From the human T2T-CHM13v2.0 reference genome, Homo sapiens: a stretch of DNA of 64,000 bases. This document shows, piece after piece, positions 40,753 through 56,339 of this stretch. Both the position numbers and the translations under genes were made by a program. How positions within the stretch are numbered: the first letter of the stretch is position 1; each line of letters begins with the position of its first letter. The notes beneath the pieces were generated by a model. The model was not told where the DNA came from and searched no databases. It saw only the letters and a program-made list of their open reading frames with translations. The stretch lies in the NCBI RefSeq assembly GCF_009914755.1, contig NC_060930.1. One strand, 5' to 3'.

Positions 40753-43700
40753 TTAAAGTTAGAGGATGGAAAAAATTACCAGCAAAATTATAAGCAAAAG
40801 AAAGCAGAATTTCTAAATTAAGATGGAGTTAAGACAAAAAGTTACTGGAGATAATGATAGAAAGTTTAATTTGTCAATATTTAACTACTTTAAAATTTGA
40901 GGCAGTTACATAAAACAAAAAATTATCAGAACTCTAAGGAGAATTAAGCCAAACCACTTTCAGTGTGAGAAATTTTAATGTAATTTTCTAATAATTAATA
41001 AAACGTACACAAAATAAATAGTGATAAAAAGAGAAGATAGAATATTTAAACAATATGATTAAAACTATTGACCTGTATTACCTGTTTAGAACACTGCTCA
41101 GCAACTGCTAGATACACATTAACTTTACACTGTGTCAGAGCAAGTCTTCAAAAGGACTGAAATAATTTAGACTATGTTCTCTGTCCACAGTCCTATTAAG
41201 CTAAAAATCACTAACAAATGTATAACTAGAAATCCCTCATAAGTTGGGAAACTAAAAAACAAACACACTACTGAGGTCATGGGTCAAATAAGGAATCATA
41301 ATGAAAATTAAACCTATTTTGAACTGATCGGTAGTAGAAGTACTGTATATTAAAATGTGTATGAAATAATGAAAGCTGTAAATAGAGTGTAAGTTATAAC
41401 TTTGGATATTTATGTTACAAAACAAGAGAGGCCAAATGACAGAGCTAGGTTCTGGTGGGAATGTGGTGGCAGCCACATCTTCATGTTTCTCCTCCTAAAA
41501 CCATACAGAGAAACAAGGAAAATGTATGAAAACACTAATAATATACACCTTTCTGAAAGACTAGAAGATAGAGGAAACCTGCAAACTTCATAGCATCAGT
41601 AAATTTTGGGTAAAAAAAATCCCACCACCGCCAGAAATAATCAATACAGATAGCCATTATGGTGGGGGCAGAAAATAAGTGGGTATTCCCAGAGGCTTAA
41701 TGGAGACACAACCCAGAAAACATCAGCAAATATTTATCCCAGAAGAAGACACCAACTTGAATGGAAATTCTGCTGGCAGGTCTGAGAATGAATAGGACAA
41801 CAGATGAGTACTAGGAGAGAGGGAAGAAAAAAGTATGGAAACTGCATGGAATCAAGGGTCCTTAGACTAACGAAATTGTCATTCTAGCAACAAATGAAGT
41901 AACTCTTTAACTGAGAGACCAAGAAAAGTAGCCCTGTAGTGAATTTACATTCTCCTATTCAGAGCCAGCCCAGTGAAATCCAACTCACAAAAATATGAAT
42001 TTTACAAGTAAAAATTCTGCATCTGTAGATACTATAAGAAAAAGAAAATTAAAGCTTCTTGGCAGACTGGAAGAAAATCAACACCAAAAAAGCAACAAAT
42101 TCACAAAAAGAGGATGATTGACATATAATATTCCAAAACGAATTTTTAAAGAAAAAACATCGTGTGAAGCAACTGCACCTCTGGAAGAACATCATGAGAA
42201 ATAGCACTGAAAAAATTCAGAGAAGAGATGATTGGAACTCTGGAAAAAATCTGAAGAAAAATTCAAAATCATTTCATATTGCAAAGTGCACAAGGGAGAC
42301 TAGATATCATGGAAACAAGAGTAAGGGACAGAACAGATAGAAATGAGAAAAGTCTAAAAAATGGGGAAGAATAGATTAAAGGAATTCGAGGAAAAAAATG
42401 ATAGACTAAATATAAGCAAGAGAGATCTAACATTTGTATAATTGACATGCCCAAAGATATAAAACAATGAAATAGAACAGATGTTTAAAACTATAATTCA
42501 GGAACACTTCCCTAAAGATTTTTTAATTGAGGAGAGTGAACTTAACATTCATATGGAAGAGATACACGCTTGAGAATGTTTAAGAAAAAGAATAGTAAGA
42601 GAGGGCTTGACCTAACAACTAGTGAAATTAGCAAGCCACTGTATTCAAATCAGAGTGGGAACTGCATAAGAAGAGACACTTTATCAGTGAAACAGCTAGA
42701 GGGTCCAGAAATAGATCTCAATTATATAAGAATTTAATACGTGACAAAGTACTGTTTTAATTCAGTGGGCAAAGAGGATATTATTTAATACAAATTCTGG
42801 CATTGCCAGCCATCTGTTTGTAAGAAAGTAGAAGTAAATAAAATATATAAGACCTGATATCACACACACCAAAAATTCTGGGTGAATTAGAAATTAAATT
42901 ATAAAAGTAAAAAGAACAATCAAATCTCTCAAGAAAAACTAGGTACTACATTTACAGTCTAGGGGTGAGAGATATTCCTATCTGGCAACCTTGAAACAAT
43001 AATAGACTTATGTGAATACATAGAAATTAGAAACATTTATATGGGAAAATAACATAAAAATGAACAGAAACACAGTAAAATATAAGCATTATGGAGAAAG
43101 GGGTTTGAGCTCTATAATAAACAGAAGAGTCTGAATAATTGGCAAGAAGGGCATAAACCCTCAATAAAAAAGTGGGTAAGAGATTTGCAGAGGCAATTGG
43201 CAAAGGATTGAATTCAAAAGGCCAAGTCAAAAGTATGAAAATGCAAAACAAAACAAAAGCACAGTGACAGTCTGGTCCCATGATATTTTTTTCTCAACCA
43301 TCAAAGAGTTGGCAAAAGAGAGAAACAGAAAGAGAGAGAGAGAGAGAGAGCACATGAGAGAGAGGCTGCTGCTGTGAGGCTGTATGGATATGGATTATTT
43401 ACTGGAAGAGTCCCACTCTTGAGAATTGGGCCCATGGAAACTAGAGCATCAATTCGTAAGCATATTTGTACAAGGATATTTATCACAACATTTTTCATAG
43501 TGGCAAAGTCTAATGAATGTTCAGAATAAGAAAATCATTGAATAATTTATGGTACAACCACTTGGAAATTTAGGCAGCAGTTACAAAAAGAATGAATTGG
43601 AATTATAACAGGTGAGTTAAAGGGATTTTTATCAGATTTGTTGAGTGTGGAAAACCAAGATTCAGAAAACTCTCTATAATGTGATCTCGCTTTGATTAAA

Positions 43701-43946
43701 AAAATAACCAAACCTTCATTATATATGTATAAGTATATGCACATCATAAATATGTTTACATATGAACATGGAGAAAAATACTTAAAAATGTATAATAGAT
43801 TGTTGGCATCATATGGTGGAGATGGCCATGTCTACTGGTCCCCAGAACTCCACTTGCCACACTGGTTTCCTTGCCATCTGAACCTGAACATCAAACCCAT
43901 GCCACATTTTAAAGTTTTTTGTGTATCCACTTCCAGATAACAATTT

Positions 43947-46220
43947 CTGTATTGGTTGGGTAACACAAACTGCTATAAAATTGACCAAGAGATCTAATGG
44001 CTCCAATTAGGTAGGAGTTTATTTCTTGCTGACATAACTGTCAAAGGCACATGTTCAAGGTTCACTAATTCTGGGAAATAGATCATGAGAGACCTGGTAA
44101 CCTGTATGCTGTGGTGAAACATTTGTAAACTATTCTTGCAGGAACTTGGAAGGTGGACCACAGGCCTACCCAGCCTGGAGCTCCAGGAAAAGCAACTGGC
44201 AAATACCAGAATTTGGGTGTGTGTGGTCTACTCTTGGCTGCTTTTAGCAAGATATTAAAAGAAAGAGGGAGCTCAGAAAAGAATGGCCTGGTGAGTAGGA
44301 AGAGGTGGAGTGGAGCAAAGGGAGTATAGAGATTTGGGGGCCAGACCAGATGGAACGGCCACTGCTTCTGTACCCCAAACAGCAGGTGATAAGACGATGC
44401 CCATTGCTCAAAACCTTTCCAAATGACGTCTTGCTAAGAAAAAAAAGGAGGGGAATCCATCCTTGTAGAAAAGCTTGTTGTAAAGATGGAAATGAGGCAG
44501 GAGACCAGCAGGATTTGTTTTCTGGTCACAACCCTGCTGACCAAATCAGAACCTGGTCCACACAGGATAAAGTGAAGAAACCGACAGGAAGCAGCAAATG
44601 GCTAACAAGGTGATCCCTAGCTGCCCTCACTGCTCATTGGCATAAGATACCACCACCAGCACCATGACAGTTTACAAATGCCATGGCAGTGACCCAGAAG
44701 TCATGCCCCTTTCCATGGCAGCTATCCAAAAGTTTCTGAACATTTCCAAGGCAATGACCTGGAAGTCACTGCCCCTTTCCTAGAAAGTTCTACATAACCT
44801 GCCCCTCACTTTACATTGACCCGCTCCTTAATTTGCATGTAATTAAAGTGGGTTTACATGGGTATAAGTACAGCTGCCTATAGCCCATATGCTGCTGACT
44901 CTGGGAGCGCTGCATATGAGTTAGCCAGCTCTCAAAGCAGCAGTGCAGTTCAATCAAAGATCTCCTTCTTCCCTGGGTACAGCCAAGAGCCCTCCCAGGC
45001 TAAACCCCGGTTGTGAGGCTCACCTGTCCTGTCTGCGAAGGGTGTCGCCCATTATTTCAGTTGGCCTCAGTTTAGCTGTTATTACACTGAGAGAAGGGCA
45101 GGTGCACAAGGAAGGAAAAAGTACAGGATCAAAGCTTACTTAAGAACTACAAATAGGTGAAGCTTTGGGTGTAGTTATCAGCACATGGAGTGGTCTAAAA
45201 GCAAATGCACTAGAAGCCTCCGAAGAGTCTGGGAGAATTACATTGTCAAAGGAACCTCAAGCCTGGCCTGTGCTGAGTGGGTGTGCAGGGATCTGTGCCA
45301 ATCTGAGCCTCAGGAGGATGCATGGCATTCCAAGCTTGTCCCAACACCACGTGGACTGTGTGAGCGCCGTGCCCCAGGGAGGACACACTCCTGAGGACAA
45401 GGCTTCCCATAGGAGAAAGTGGACCAGGAATTTCCTCCCAGAGGGAAAAACTGAGGTCAAATCAAGGCACATTCCCTCAGCCAGGACAGTTGTTATCACG
45501 GTTCCTTCCCAGCTGGACCCCTTGTTGCTATGGACCAGTGACAGCCATTGGTTCCTCTTTCCTCCCTTTCCGCATGAGAATTTCTACTGCAGTTACCTGT
45601 GTCTGCTCCAGCACATGTTAGGTGTATGTGTGGGAGGCCTAAGTATTGCCTTTTAGTTTCTGGATCACCAGACAATGAATGATGTCCATGCCTGAGGAGG
45701 AGGATGAAGTCACCGGGTGTCCTCTGCGCTGAGCTCGACCTAGTTCCTGAATGTGACCTAGACATAGGGCTGTCTGCTTTGGGAAGGGCAGTCAGGGCCA
45801 TCTACATGTGGACGAAGGGAGTGCACACAACGAACTGATGGCTGGGATGTGGAAGTCCAGGTGGGAACAGCGTTCTATAGCCTCCCCATCCCCCACCCCC
45901 ATCAACAGCTAAGTGTGTTTCCTCGACTCAGCTCCCTCCAGTGCGATGTGAGGGAAAGGGTGATGCACAATCCCCGCCTCATGTTCATGGGCTTCTGCTC
46001 ATCCCCTCTCCAGGCTGAAATGGTGATGATGAGCATGGCCTTAGAGAACACGCATAGAAGACAGCAGAGCCTCCATCACTGGGTCCCCAAATAACTGTGC
46101 TGAGGAGAGCCATCTGCCCATTGAGACACCTGCACTGAGTTAGTTGCACAAGGCGCACACCTCCATCTAGTTTGAGCCATCATAATTTTTTTTAGATATG
46201 ACAGCTGGTATAACCCTGAC
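43947..46220. mobile_element. Degenerate MLT1 LTR and internal fragments surrounding a MER41-like LTR
   Basis: MaLR-like text (ctactcttggctgcttttagcaag; gtttgagcca...acagctggtataaccctgacaataca). Boundaries are approximate. Confidence 0.45.
44493..45035 (+). mobile_element. ERV1 LTR, MER41 family-like
   Basis: Contains ccaccagcaccatgacagtttacaaatgccatggca and the 3' end gccaagagccctcccaggctaaacccc typical of the MER41 group. Confidence 0.75.
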
Positions 46221-46267
46221 AATACACGTAGTTTACTGGGGGAGGGATAGTGTGACTTATGAGACGG

Positions 46268-46741
46268 TGTGTTTGTTTCTTATGGTTGCTGTACCAAAGT
46301 ACGACGCATTCAGTGGCTTAAAGTGACACAAATCTGCTTTTAGTTCTGGAGGTCAGAAATCTACAATGATTTCGCAGGACTGAGTTCCTTCCAGAGGCTC
46401 TGGGGGAGAATCTGTCTCCTCGCTTTCTCCAGGATTTCGAGGCTGCCACACTCCTTGGTTCATGGCCTCTTCCTCCATGTTCAAAGCCAGTATGTGGCCT
46501 CTCCCCTCCTCCCTGTCCTCTGCTCCCACCATCACACTTCCCTCTGACTCTGACCATCCTGCGCCCATCAAGACCCTGCTGACGACATGGAGCCCCCCTG
46601 GAATAATGCAGGATCATCTCCCCACCCAGACCCTTAATTTAATCCCATCTACAAAGTCTTTTGTCTTGTAAGGTGACATTCACAAATTCCAGGGGTGAGG
46701 ATGTGGACCTCTCTGGGGGAAGCCATTATTCCATCTCCACA
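46268..46741 (-). mobile_element. MLT1C/D-type LTR
   Basis: ggcttaaa...gttctggaggtcagaaatc...cacaaattccagggg...gccattatt layout. Confidence 0.8.
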
Positions 46742-46885
46742 GAGAGGGGAAAGAGGGGAAGGAGGAGGGAGGAGAAATTAAACCAAAAAACCCATAAAAA
46801 CAAAAAAGTCCCAGCATTTGTCTATTAAGAAAAATTGTATGCGTATGTAAAAAAGTAATTTTTAAAGGGAAAAATATTTGAATAA

Positions 46886-46975
46886 ATGAAAAAGAAGAGG
46901 AGGAGGAAGCAGAGAAAGAGAAGAAAGAGGATGAGGAGGAGGACAAAGAGGAGGAAGAGGGAGAGGCGGAAAGGA
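46886..46975 (+). repeat. Purine-rich (GA) low-complexity tract
   Basis: Read directly. Confidence 0.8.
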
Positions 46976-48518
46976 TTAGATACTTTTGAGGAAAAATGTA
47001 ACCTAGTATATCCATTCATGCCTCTGGGCAGGAAAAGGTATTTCACGAGAAAGCATTTCAAAATTAGATTTCCTTTTTTATAGTTTGAGTTCCGGTTCCC
47101 TTGTTGAGAACAGAAAAGCAAGTAAAGGCACGGATGGGAATTTTATTTTTAAAAAGTTCCCAAGGTGCTGCCTTTCTAGAACAGAAACCTGCTACTCTGT
47201 CTTCATTATGGGCTCAGAAATTCTTTTTTGTTGTTGTCGTTCTATCTAGCGTTCATTGAACAGCCTCCGCCTAACCGCCAAGCTCAGCTTTATCTGATGT
47301 GTGCCTATGGACAGGTGCTAGGAAGATCCTTCGAAAGCTGAGTATCTTTTAAAGATGATATTGAGAAAAAGTAGCACCTAAAATAAAATTCTTAGAGCAT
47401 CCCTAGGAGAGAAATTAGATACCTATTTTTATCCTCTTTTTCAATTCAAATTTTCTGGAACCAAGAGCAAGATGACTGTGTTAGCTTTTTCCTTTCTTTA
47501 ATTCATACAAAATTTTAAGAATAAAAATTTCCTTTCCTTCTGGTACCGTTTTCTCACGCTTGAGACGGAGAGTACTCTCGTGGAGGCCACCAATGAAGTA
47601 ACTCTAGTTCAGGAGCATCCCGGGACAAGGATGTGCATGGTGTTGCAAGGGCACCTTCCCCCGGAATCCCAGCTTGCTGCCAGAATCCTCCTCCCTGCAG
47701 CGCCCGGGCCTCACTTTAGGTGACCCTCTGCTTGGAAATCTGTTTGTTGTCCCTAATGTAGAAAGTGGGCTTGCCATGGAATGGGGATCCAATGACCCAG
47801 TGGAAGGAAACGGGAGGACCGCAGTAAGCATGTGAGCCGGGGAGGCAGGCATGGAACCGTGCAGGTGGGTAATGGCGGGGGACGCCAGAGCCAGGCCCGA
47901 GCTTGGGCAGAGCTCCCAGCGCAGATGACGGGGTTGTGGGGAGTCAACCGGGGTGAAGGCTCAGAGCAGAACTCTGGTGTGAGGGTGATTTGGTGCTTTT
48001 TTAGGCTAAATCTCCAGGTGTTGATCGGAGGTCTAATTTTATTCCTTGTTTTCAGATTTTATTTGGAGTCCTAAACGGAACTGGTGGAATTGTGTGTGTG
48101 TGTGTGTTGCTATAAATGTCCAGCCCAGTGGGAATACAAAGAGGTAATTATTGTTGCTAAGCTCTTATTATCCTGGTGGAATTGACAGCAGCCACCGTTT
48201 CTCTCCAGCTTTTCTTGATCTAATCTATTCAGTCAATTCTGTGGGATTCAGTGAAGATTTGTGGCAGGAATTCCTGAGCTACACATAGGGGCAGCCTGTG
48301 GCCACTGGCTGTGTACCGAGTGATGGCATTATGGGGAAAGTTCTCTAGTTGGAAGGGATGTAGGGGTCTCCTCTGGCCTAACCTCTCATCCAGTAGGGGA
48401 TTGTAGAAGCCTTTAGACAGAACATAAGCCCCACCCACTCCCTTTGTTCTTAAACCTTTGTAGTGACACAGAGCAGACTTCGTCAAGCAATACATTTTCA
48501 ACCCCAATTATAAATTGA

Positions 48519-48934
<416 letters not shown>

Positions 48935-49592
48935 TGAACTTTCTTTACATTGATTGAAAACTGTCTCTCTGGGTCTTCTTCCCATTGGCCCAGGATCTGT
49001 TTTTTGGAGCTAGAGCCACTAAGTCTCTCTCTAGCCTGTTAAGTCCTTCAAAGAGCTAAACATCCCTGATTTGTTTTTTGTTTTTTTGACCTGTTTTTTT
49101 GGTATGGCAAATATTATCATAGTCATATCTTTAATGGATGAAAACATTCCCGAGTTTCAATCAGTAATGGTTTATTCCAAGGAATATGTGGTACATGAAC
49201 ATCACAGCACGACATGAGCACCAAGATAACCACTTCAATGATTTGACTTGCAAGACTTTTGACTACCAGGTTGTTCTATTTCTGGAAACTAAGAAGTACA
49301 AATTGGATAGGTAAAAATCAAGGAATGTTTTTAGGAATATAAATTTGCTAGGTTCTGAAAGATGTCAAATCAAAGTAACCAATGGGGCTATGTACAATCA
49401 ATGGTCACCAGAAAAGGAAGCAATACTATGAAAATGGAAATAAAAGTTTTGCATTATAGAAAATAGACTATTTAATTATAAGCCTATCTCACATGTATTT
49501 AATACTAATACTGACTTTAACAGCACGCAGAATATATGTCCATAAATGTCCTTTTTTTCTTTTCTATTTATGATAAAGAAAGCATATGAGAA

Positions 49593-50169
49593 TTACTGGG
49601 TCACTGCCTACTGGAGTTGTGAGAAGAGGGCCACAGTCCTCCAGACCCCAGAATGGTAGATCCACCGACAGCTTGCACTGTATTCCTGGAAAAGCCTCAG
49701 ACGTTCAACGCCAGCCTGTGAAAGCAGCCAGGAGTGGGGCTGTACCCTGCAAAGCCACAGAGGCAGAGCTGCCCAAGGCCATGGGAGCCCACCTCTTGCC
49801 TCAGCGTGACCTAAATGTGAGACATGGAGTCAAAGGAGATCATTTTGTAACTTTAAGATTTAATAGTTGCCCTATTGGATTTTGGACTTAGATGGAGCCT
49901 GTAGCCCCTTTGTTTTGGCCAATTTCTCCCATTTGGAATGGGTGTATTTACCCAATGCCTGTACCCCCATTGTATCTAGGAAGTAACTAACTTGCTTTTG
50001 ATTTTACAGGCTCATAGGCAGAAGGGAGTTGCCTTGTCTCAGATGAGACTTTGGACTTGGACTTTTGAGTTAATGCTGTAATGAGTTAAGACTTTAGGGG
50101 ACTGTTGGAAGGGTGATGATTGTGTTTTGAAATGTGAGGGCATGAGATTTGGGAGGGGCCGGGGCAGAA
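49593..50169 (+). mobile_element. THE1/MST internal sequence, 3' part
   Basis: ctccagaccccagaatggtagatccaccgacagcttgcac...; polypurine tract immediately before the LTR. Confidence 0.88.
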
Positions 50170-50528
50170 TGATATGATTTGGCTGTGTCCCCACCCAAAT
50201 CTCATCTTGAATTGTATTTTCCATAATCCCCACATGTCATGGGAGGGACTTGGTGGGAGGGACCCCGTGGGAGGTAATTGAATCTTGGGGGAAGTTACCC
50301 CCATGCTGCTGTTCTTGTGATAGTGAGTGAGGCTTTCTCCCTTTTGCTCAGCACTTCTCCTTTCTGCCGTTATGTGAAGAAGGTTATGTTTGCTTCCCCT
50401 TCTGCCATGATTGTAAGTTTCCTGAGGCCTTCCCACCCACGCAGAACTGTGAGTCAATTAAACCTCTTTCCTTTATAAATTACCCAGTCTCAGGTGGTCT
50501 TTTATAGGAATGTGAGAAAGACTAATAC
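50170..50528 (+). mobile_element. THE1 3' LTR
   Basis: TGATATGATTTGGCTGTGTCCCCACCCAAATCTCATCTTGAA...GACTAATAC. Confidence 0.92.
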
Positions 50529-50859
50529 CTCTTTCTATTGTTATTCTCACTTGACCTTCTAAATAATGCAGAATAGGAGAAAGCACTTTCCTCATTTTCA
50601 TATGGGGAAGAGGGAGGCTCAGAGGTCAGTTGCCTGAAATCATGATGCTAGTTGGCATCATCAAGGTCCCGGGCTCAGAGCACAGGCTGGGCAGAGGTGA
50701 GTGGAGCCACAACTCTGAAGAAGTGTTTCCTGAAACTGCTGCAACCACACACAGAGCATAGATATCTAGATGAGTGGGAAAGACAGTAGGGGAAATGGCT
50801 TTATGATTGCAAATGGGTCTTTGTTCTTCATTAGCACCTCATTTATTTATTTAGGCATA

Positions 50860-51168
50860 TTTATTTATTTATTTATTTATTTTTTGAGACAGGACCTGGC
50901 TCTGTTGCCCAGGCTGAAGTACCGTGGTGTGACTGCAACTCACTCTAGCCTTGACCTTCCAGGGTCAAGTGATCCTCTTGCCTCAGCCCCCTGCGTAGCT
51001 GGGACTACAGGCACATGCCACCATGCCTGGCTAACTTTTTAACTTTTTTGTAGAGATAGGGTTTTGCTATGTTGCCCAGGCTGGTGTCGAACTCCTGAGC
51101 TCAAGCAATCTGCCTGCCATGGCCTCCCAAAGGGCTGAGATTACAGGCATGAGCCACCATGCCTGGCC
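50860..51168 (-). mobile_element. AluJ with (ATTT)n tail
   Basis: Reverse Alu with AluJ features (gctatgttgcccaggctgg, gctcaagcaatc). Confidence 0.9.
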
Positions 51169-52242
51169 CCAGCACCATATGGAGAAGGATCAAAGACATC
51201 CTCGTTGACACCCAGTGTTTCTGGAATACTCTGTTTGTCTTTCCTGGCAAGGCTTAGGATGGCACTAGGGCCTGCTCCAGGTGGGGTGATAAATTATGAG
51301 GTTAGACTTGGAACAAGGGTACTGACATCTCATGAGATCCCCAAACAGGAACCATTTGTACCACGTCTCCTGGGACCAGGTCTGGGGTGGTTGCAGGATC
51401 TAAGGAGCTTGTGTATTGTATCTCCGGGTTTCCCTAGGAACATGGCGCAGGTTCTCATGGCATCCATTTCTCTTGGGGGCCTGTTCCACCACTCTCTCTT
51501 CATCCTTTTGCTCCTTGTGGCTTGTCACAAGCTGAGTTAGGTTTTCTCTTGGCCTCAACTGCCTCATGCCTCCCATAGCTCATTCTCCCCTTCCTGGCCT
51601 CCACACAGCAGGTCAGCCTCTGTTGCTCCCCTCTCTGTGTCCCCTGACTTGCACTTTCTTGGCTCAAGTCAAGGGCCCATCCTTGGTCCAGTCATCGAAT
51701 GTCAGAGAGAATTGCACCGCAGGGTGCAAAACAAGGCTGTCCCATTGAGAAGGGCCATGGGCACAACCAGCACCACGATGGATCCCGCTCAGAAACCATG
51801 CAGAAGATTTGGACCTTGTGGCCACGAGCCCTCGAGTATTTGTTCATCTGCAGTCCCAAGAAATCTGTATTTCCTCTCCAGTAGGGATGTTCCCTAACAT
51901 CGTAATGCAAATCACTTGAGGTTCGCCTGTGAGCAACTGAGCTACGAAGTTCAGGATCTCTTAGCCTCCTTCAGCTTACCAGAGTGAGAATGGCCCAGCC
52001 CACTCTTGTTGGTACCCAAGGTCTTTGACTTGCAGGGAACCGCACTGAATGCGAGTTGCTAGCTTCCAGGTGAGCATCTTCCGAGAGCTGTCAGATGGGT
52101 GCTCTGTGACGATCTGTTCAGCCCATTGCAACACTAGCTCCAACTCTTGGTGTAAAAGGTAAAGAGATGCTAAATCCAGCACTTATACATTTTCCTCAGT
52201 AAGTTACTATTATCCACAAGCCTTTAAAAATATGGCTTGCTT

Positions 52243-52575
<333 letters not shown>

Positions 52576-54693
52576 TCATCATTTATGTTTGTCACAGGGG
52601 TTGCAAATGTATAATGAGATTCCAGAGTTAATGTTTTGTACAAAGCACTTAGGAGAGCCGGGATGAAATTGGCTCAGAATTCTGATGTGGTGTTTTAATT
52701 AAAGATAGTTTCTAATCAAGGGTGGAGCAGAGGCTACTTACAAATGTCAGTGCATTGTCCCATCCACTGGTTCAGGGATGGGCGGGCGGCCTGTACTGCT
52801 GCCGGTAGAGAGAGCAGCAGCCGGGAAAATGCACTCAGCACACGGGAGTGAGGTGTTCACCTGGAGGTGCTGCTAGCCACCCGGGACCCCCGAGTGTGGC
52901 TACATCTCTGTCCCTGTGGACATCATCCTGGTGTGGCACCTCATGCAGGAGCTATGTTTCGGTGGAGCTGTGTGATGTCGAAGGGGTGCTACTGATTTTA
53001 TGCAATAGACTGGGAGAGGGCTGGGCGGGTGAGCACACAGGCGTGACCTCTAGTGAGCTTCGACACCCCAGCCTCTGCGTCACTCTGAGAATTACAGCTT
53101 TGTAGCTTCGTATCCCTTTTCAGCAGGAGCCAGCATACCACTCCTCGCTCATTTCCCCGTGTGCTGGCCTCGCTCATTTTCTTTTGCAGGGACTTGTTCT
53201 GCTGAGAGAGTGACCTGGGCCCCGGCAGTCCCTGCAGCATTACTCCAAGCAATAACATTAATGGGGGTCTCGCGTTAGTATTTGAAGAGTCATCCGCTTC
53301 TGAAAAGTGTTGACGCAAAACCACGACGTCTAGGCAGGAAGTGGCCAATTGAACCAGGGCACGAGCTCTCATTTCATTAATGCTGTTGCTGTGAAGCCGA
53401 ATTTCAGCTTAGGAAGTTAATTGAGTAAAATACTGAGAAACAGGCCTCTTAGTGCAAGGTCGCGTGACTAGTGGGTCTGGTGGGAATCATTCATGTACAG
53501 ATTTGATGAAAATGATTTGTAGGGATTTCCTTGAATATTTAAGGTCATACATTAAAGTTTTAGATAGCCACTATGGTGGCTCTGGGACTGTCCCAGACCA
53601 AAGTATATCCTGTTAAGCTACAAAATGCATTTTGGGGGGTATATCACAGAATGATAAAAGCACACTTTGTTTTCTTTTTAAATCCAGGTCTCAGGCCTCC
53701 TGTTGGTTGATGTCATAGTCATTTTACTGTTAAATTGCATCAGTGTCTGCACAGGCACATTTTTGTGCGTGTGCGCGAGTTGGCCCTGTAGATGAGAACG
53801 ACATTTCCCCTTCTCCAATTTAGAGAAGGCAGCAGGATTGCGAGGTGAGCCTCAGGGAAGAAGACATTCTGGATAGTTCACCCGAAGGCTTCTCTGGCTC
53901 CGGCACCTCAACCCCCACTTCCACTTCAGCACCTTGGTTTTCTGGTTTCTGAAAGGTTTTTGTTCTATGATCCCTTCCTGTGGAGTCAAGTTCTGTCTTT
54001 CATTAAAAGGCACATTCTCCGGGAGAGGACACATTTTCATCCTTATTGCTCATGACATTCTTCAAGTGGAGGCTGAGGACAGGGAGCTATTTCAGGAAGG
54101 GGAGGCTGGGGACCAAGCCTGCTCAGCCGACCATCTCTAAGGAAGCCCGGCCTCCAGCCATGCTCGCTGCCTTTCACCTGCGTTAGTTTGCTTGTTCCCA
54201 TCCAGAACTTTCCCCTTTGAAGCTTCAGTCACAGGATAACATCACTATGAAACTACATCTTATATTTTAACATGTTGATTTCAATCAGCTTTTGTCAGCA
54301 TTTTTGTCTCACTTGTTTTAACATAAAAAGCCAAATAGTTTTTCCATTTTCATGCATGATAGTCACTAAAATTATTTAGCAGCATTAGTTAATAACAGTC
54401 TGTCATCTAGAAAACTAGTTTGCATTTCATTTGGGAAAAAGATTTTAATAATTAAATATGATCAATAGTGGAATTACCATTCTAGCGAATATCTGAATCT
54501 GAGAAAGATGTCAATTTACACCTAGTGCTAGCACTATTTATTTCTTCAAAGGCTCTTGTTTTAACAAGCTTAATTATCTTTATTTCTCTCTGATTCCATC
54601 TTCTTTCCCTTTCATATTGCGTTACTCATATAAACGCCTCCAGAGTAAGGCAGGATGGAGATATGTATTTTTCCCACTTGATATTAACATTAG

Positions 54694-55054
<361 letters not shown>

Positions 55055-55748
55055 GGCGCTGCAACTTTTTTTAGAAAGTATACCCGATTGAAGAAAAGTG
55101 GGTAAATCCCACCATCTTAAGTTCAGGACTCAGTCAAAGGAACTGGGCTTAGTTGGTGCCTAGCCCAGCACTTTTCGCTTCCACTCAGTCGGTTCTTTAC
55201 TAACGCCAGCAACGACGGCTGTTAAGTGGAAGGCGGTCAGCAAAGGTACTCAGGCCGGGTCCTCCCTGCAGTATGACTCTATAAAAACAACCACCAGAGC
55301 TCTCTTAGTTGCCGTTTGCTTATCAATATGAAAATACTGCATATTTCCCACAGAAGTGTTTTCATATGAACACTTTTTTCTGATTCTTACAATCTCCATT
55401 TGAACCATCATTGTGAAGGCCTCTGCTTTTCTCCCCAGGGACATAGCCTTTCCTCCCTCTGAAGGCCTGGCCACCAGGAACATTATTAGTTAGAGGCACC
55501 AGAAGAGGAGCTCGTACTCCAAAGAGAACAATACCCCCAGATACACCAACGCGGCCTCTGCAATGCAGACAGAAGGGAGGAGTGGCCTTCTCAAACTTTC
55601 TCCCGCCCCCAGCCCATTTTAGGTGTCCTGGGAACTCTGCCCTGCCTGGGGCCCACTGATGCTTTCAACAGTCTCAAGGACAGAAAGTAGCTGGGCTTAA
55701 ATCTTTATAGTTGTTTCCTGTTATTTCTACTTATAACAAAAGCAAAAT

Positions 55749-55866
55749 TTATATGTACATTATATGTACATATACATATATGTATACATATATATGCATA
55801 TATATACATATATACAAAATATATATGTATATATATTTAAATATGTATATTTAAAATATGTATATA
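55749..55866 (+). repeat. Degenerate (TA)n at an Alu tail
   Basis: Read directly. Confidence 0.9.
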
Positions 55867-56150
55867 TTTTGAGATGGAGTCTCGCTCTGCTGCCCAGGCT
55901 GGAGTGCTGGTGCAATCTCGGCTCACTGCAACCTCTGCCTCCCAGGTTCAAGCAATTCTCCTGCCTCAGCCTCCTGAGTAGACGGGATTACAGGCGTGCA
56001 CCACCACACTCAGCTAATTTTTTTCTGTTTTTAATAAAGATGGGGTTTCACCATATTGGCCAGGCTGGTCTCGAACTCCTGACCTTGTGATCTGCCCACC
56101 TTGGACTCCCAAAGTGCTGGGATTACAGGTGTGAGCCACTGTGCCAGGCC
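55867..56150 (-). mobile_element. AluS
   Basis: Reverse Alu. Confidence 0.93.
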
Positions 56151-56339
56151 AAAAAAACATACTTTTATTTATAGCCTGTAGCTTCAGGTTGAGAAACTGT
56201 GTAGGCATTTAGTGGAGATGAAATTTACTGACAATTAAATCAGTTTCTAGGAAGCATGGGTAGCCCTCACTTCCTCTGCCTGGATCTGCACATCTGCACA
56301 CCTAGAGTTCCGGGAAGACCAGGCAGCCCATGAGGCAAG

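Noticed and set aside
46680-47121. Ser-rich and Arg/Lys-rich ORFs
   Set aside because: Translations of a purine low-complexity tract.
49586-49891. 101-aa ORF
   Set aside because: THE1 internal sequence remnant.
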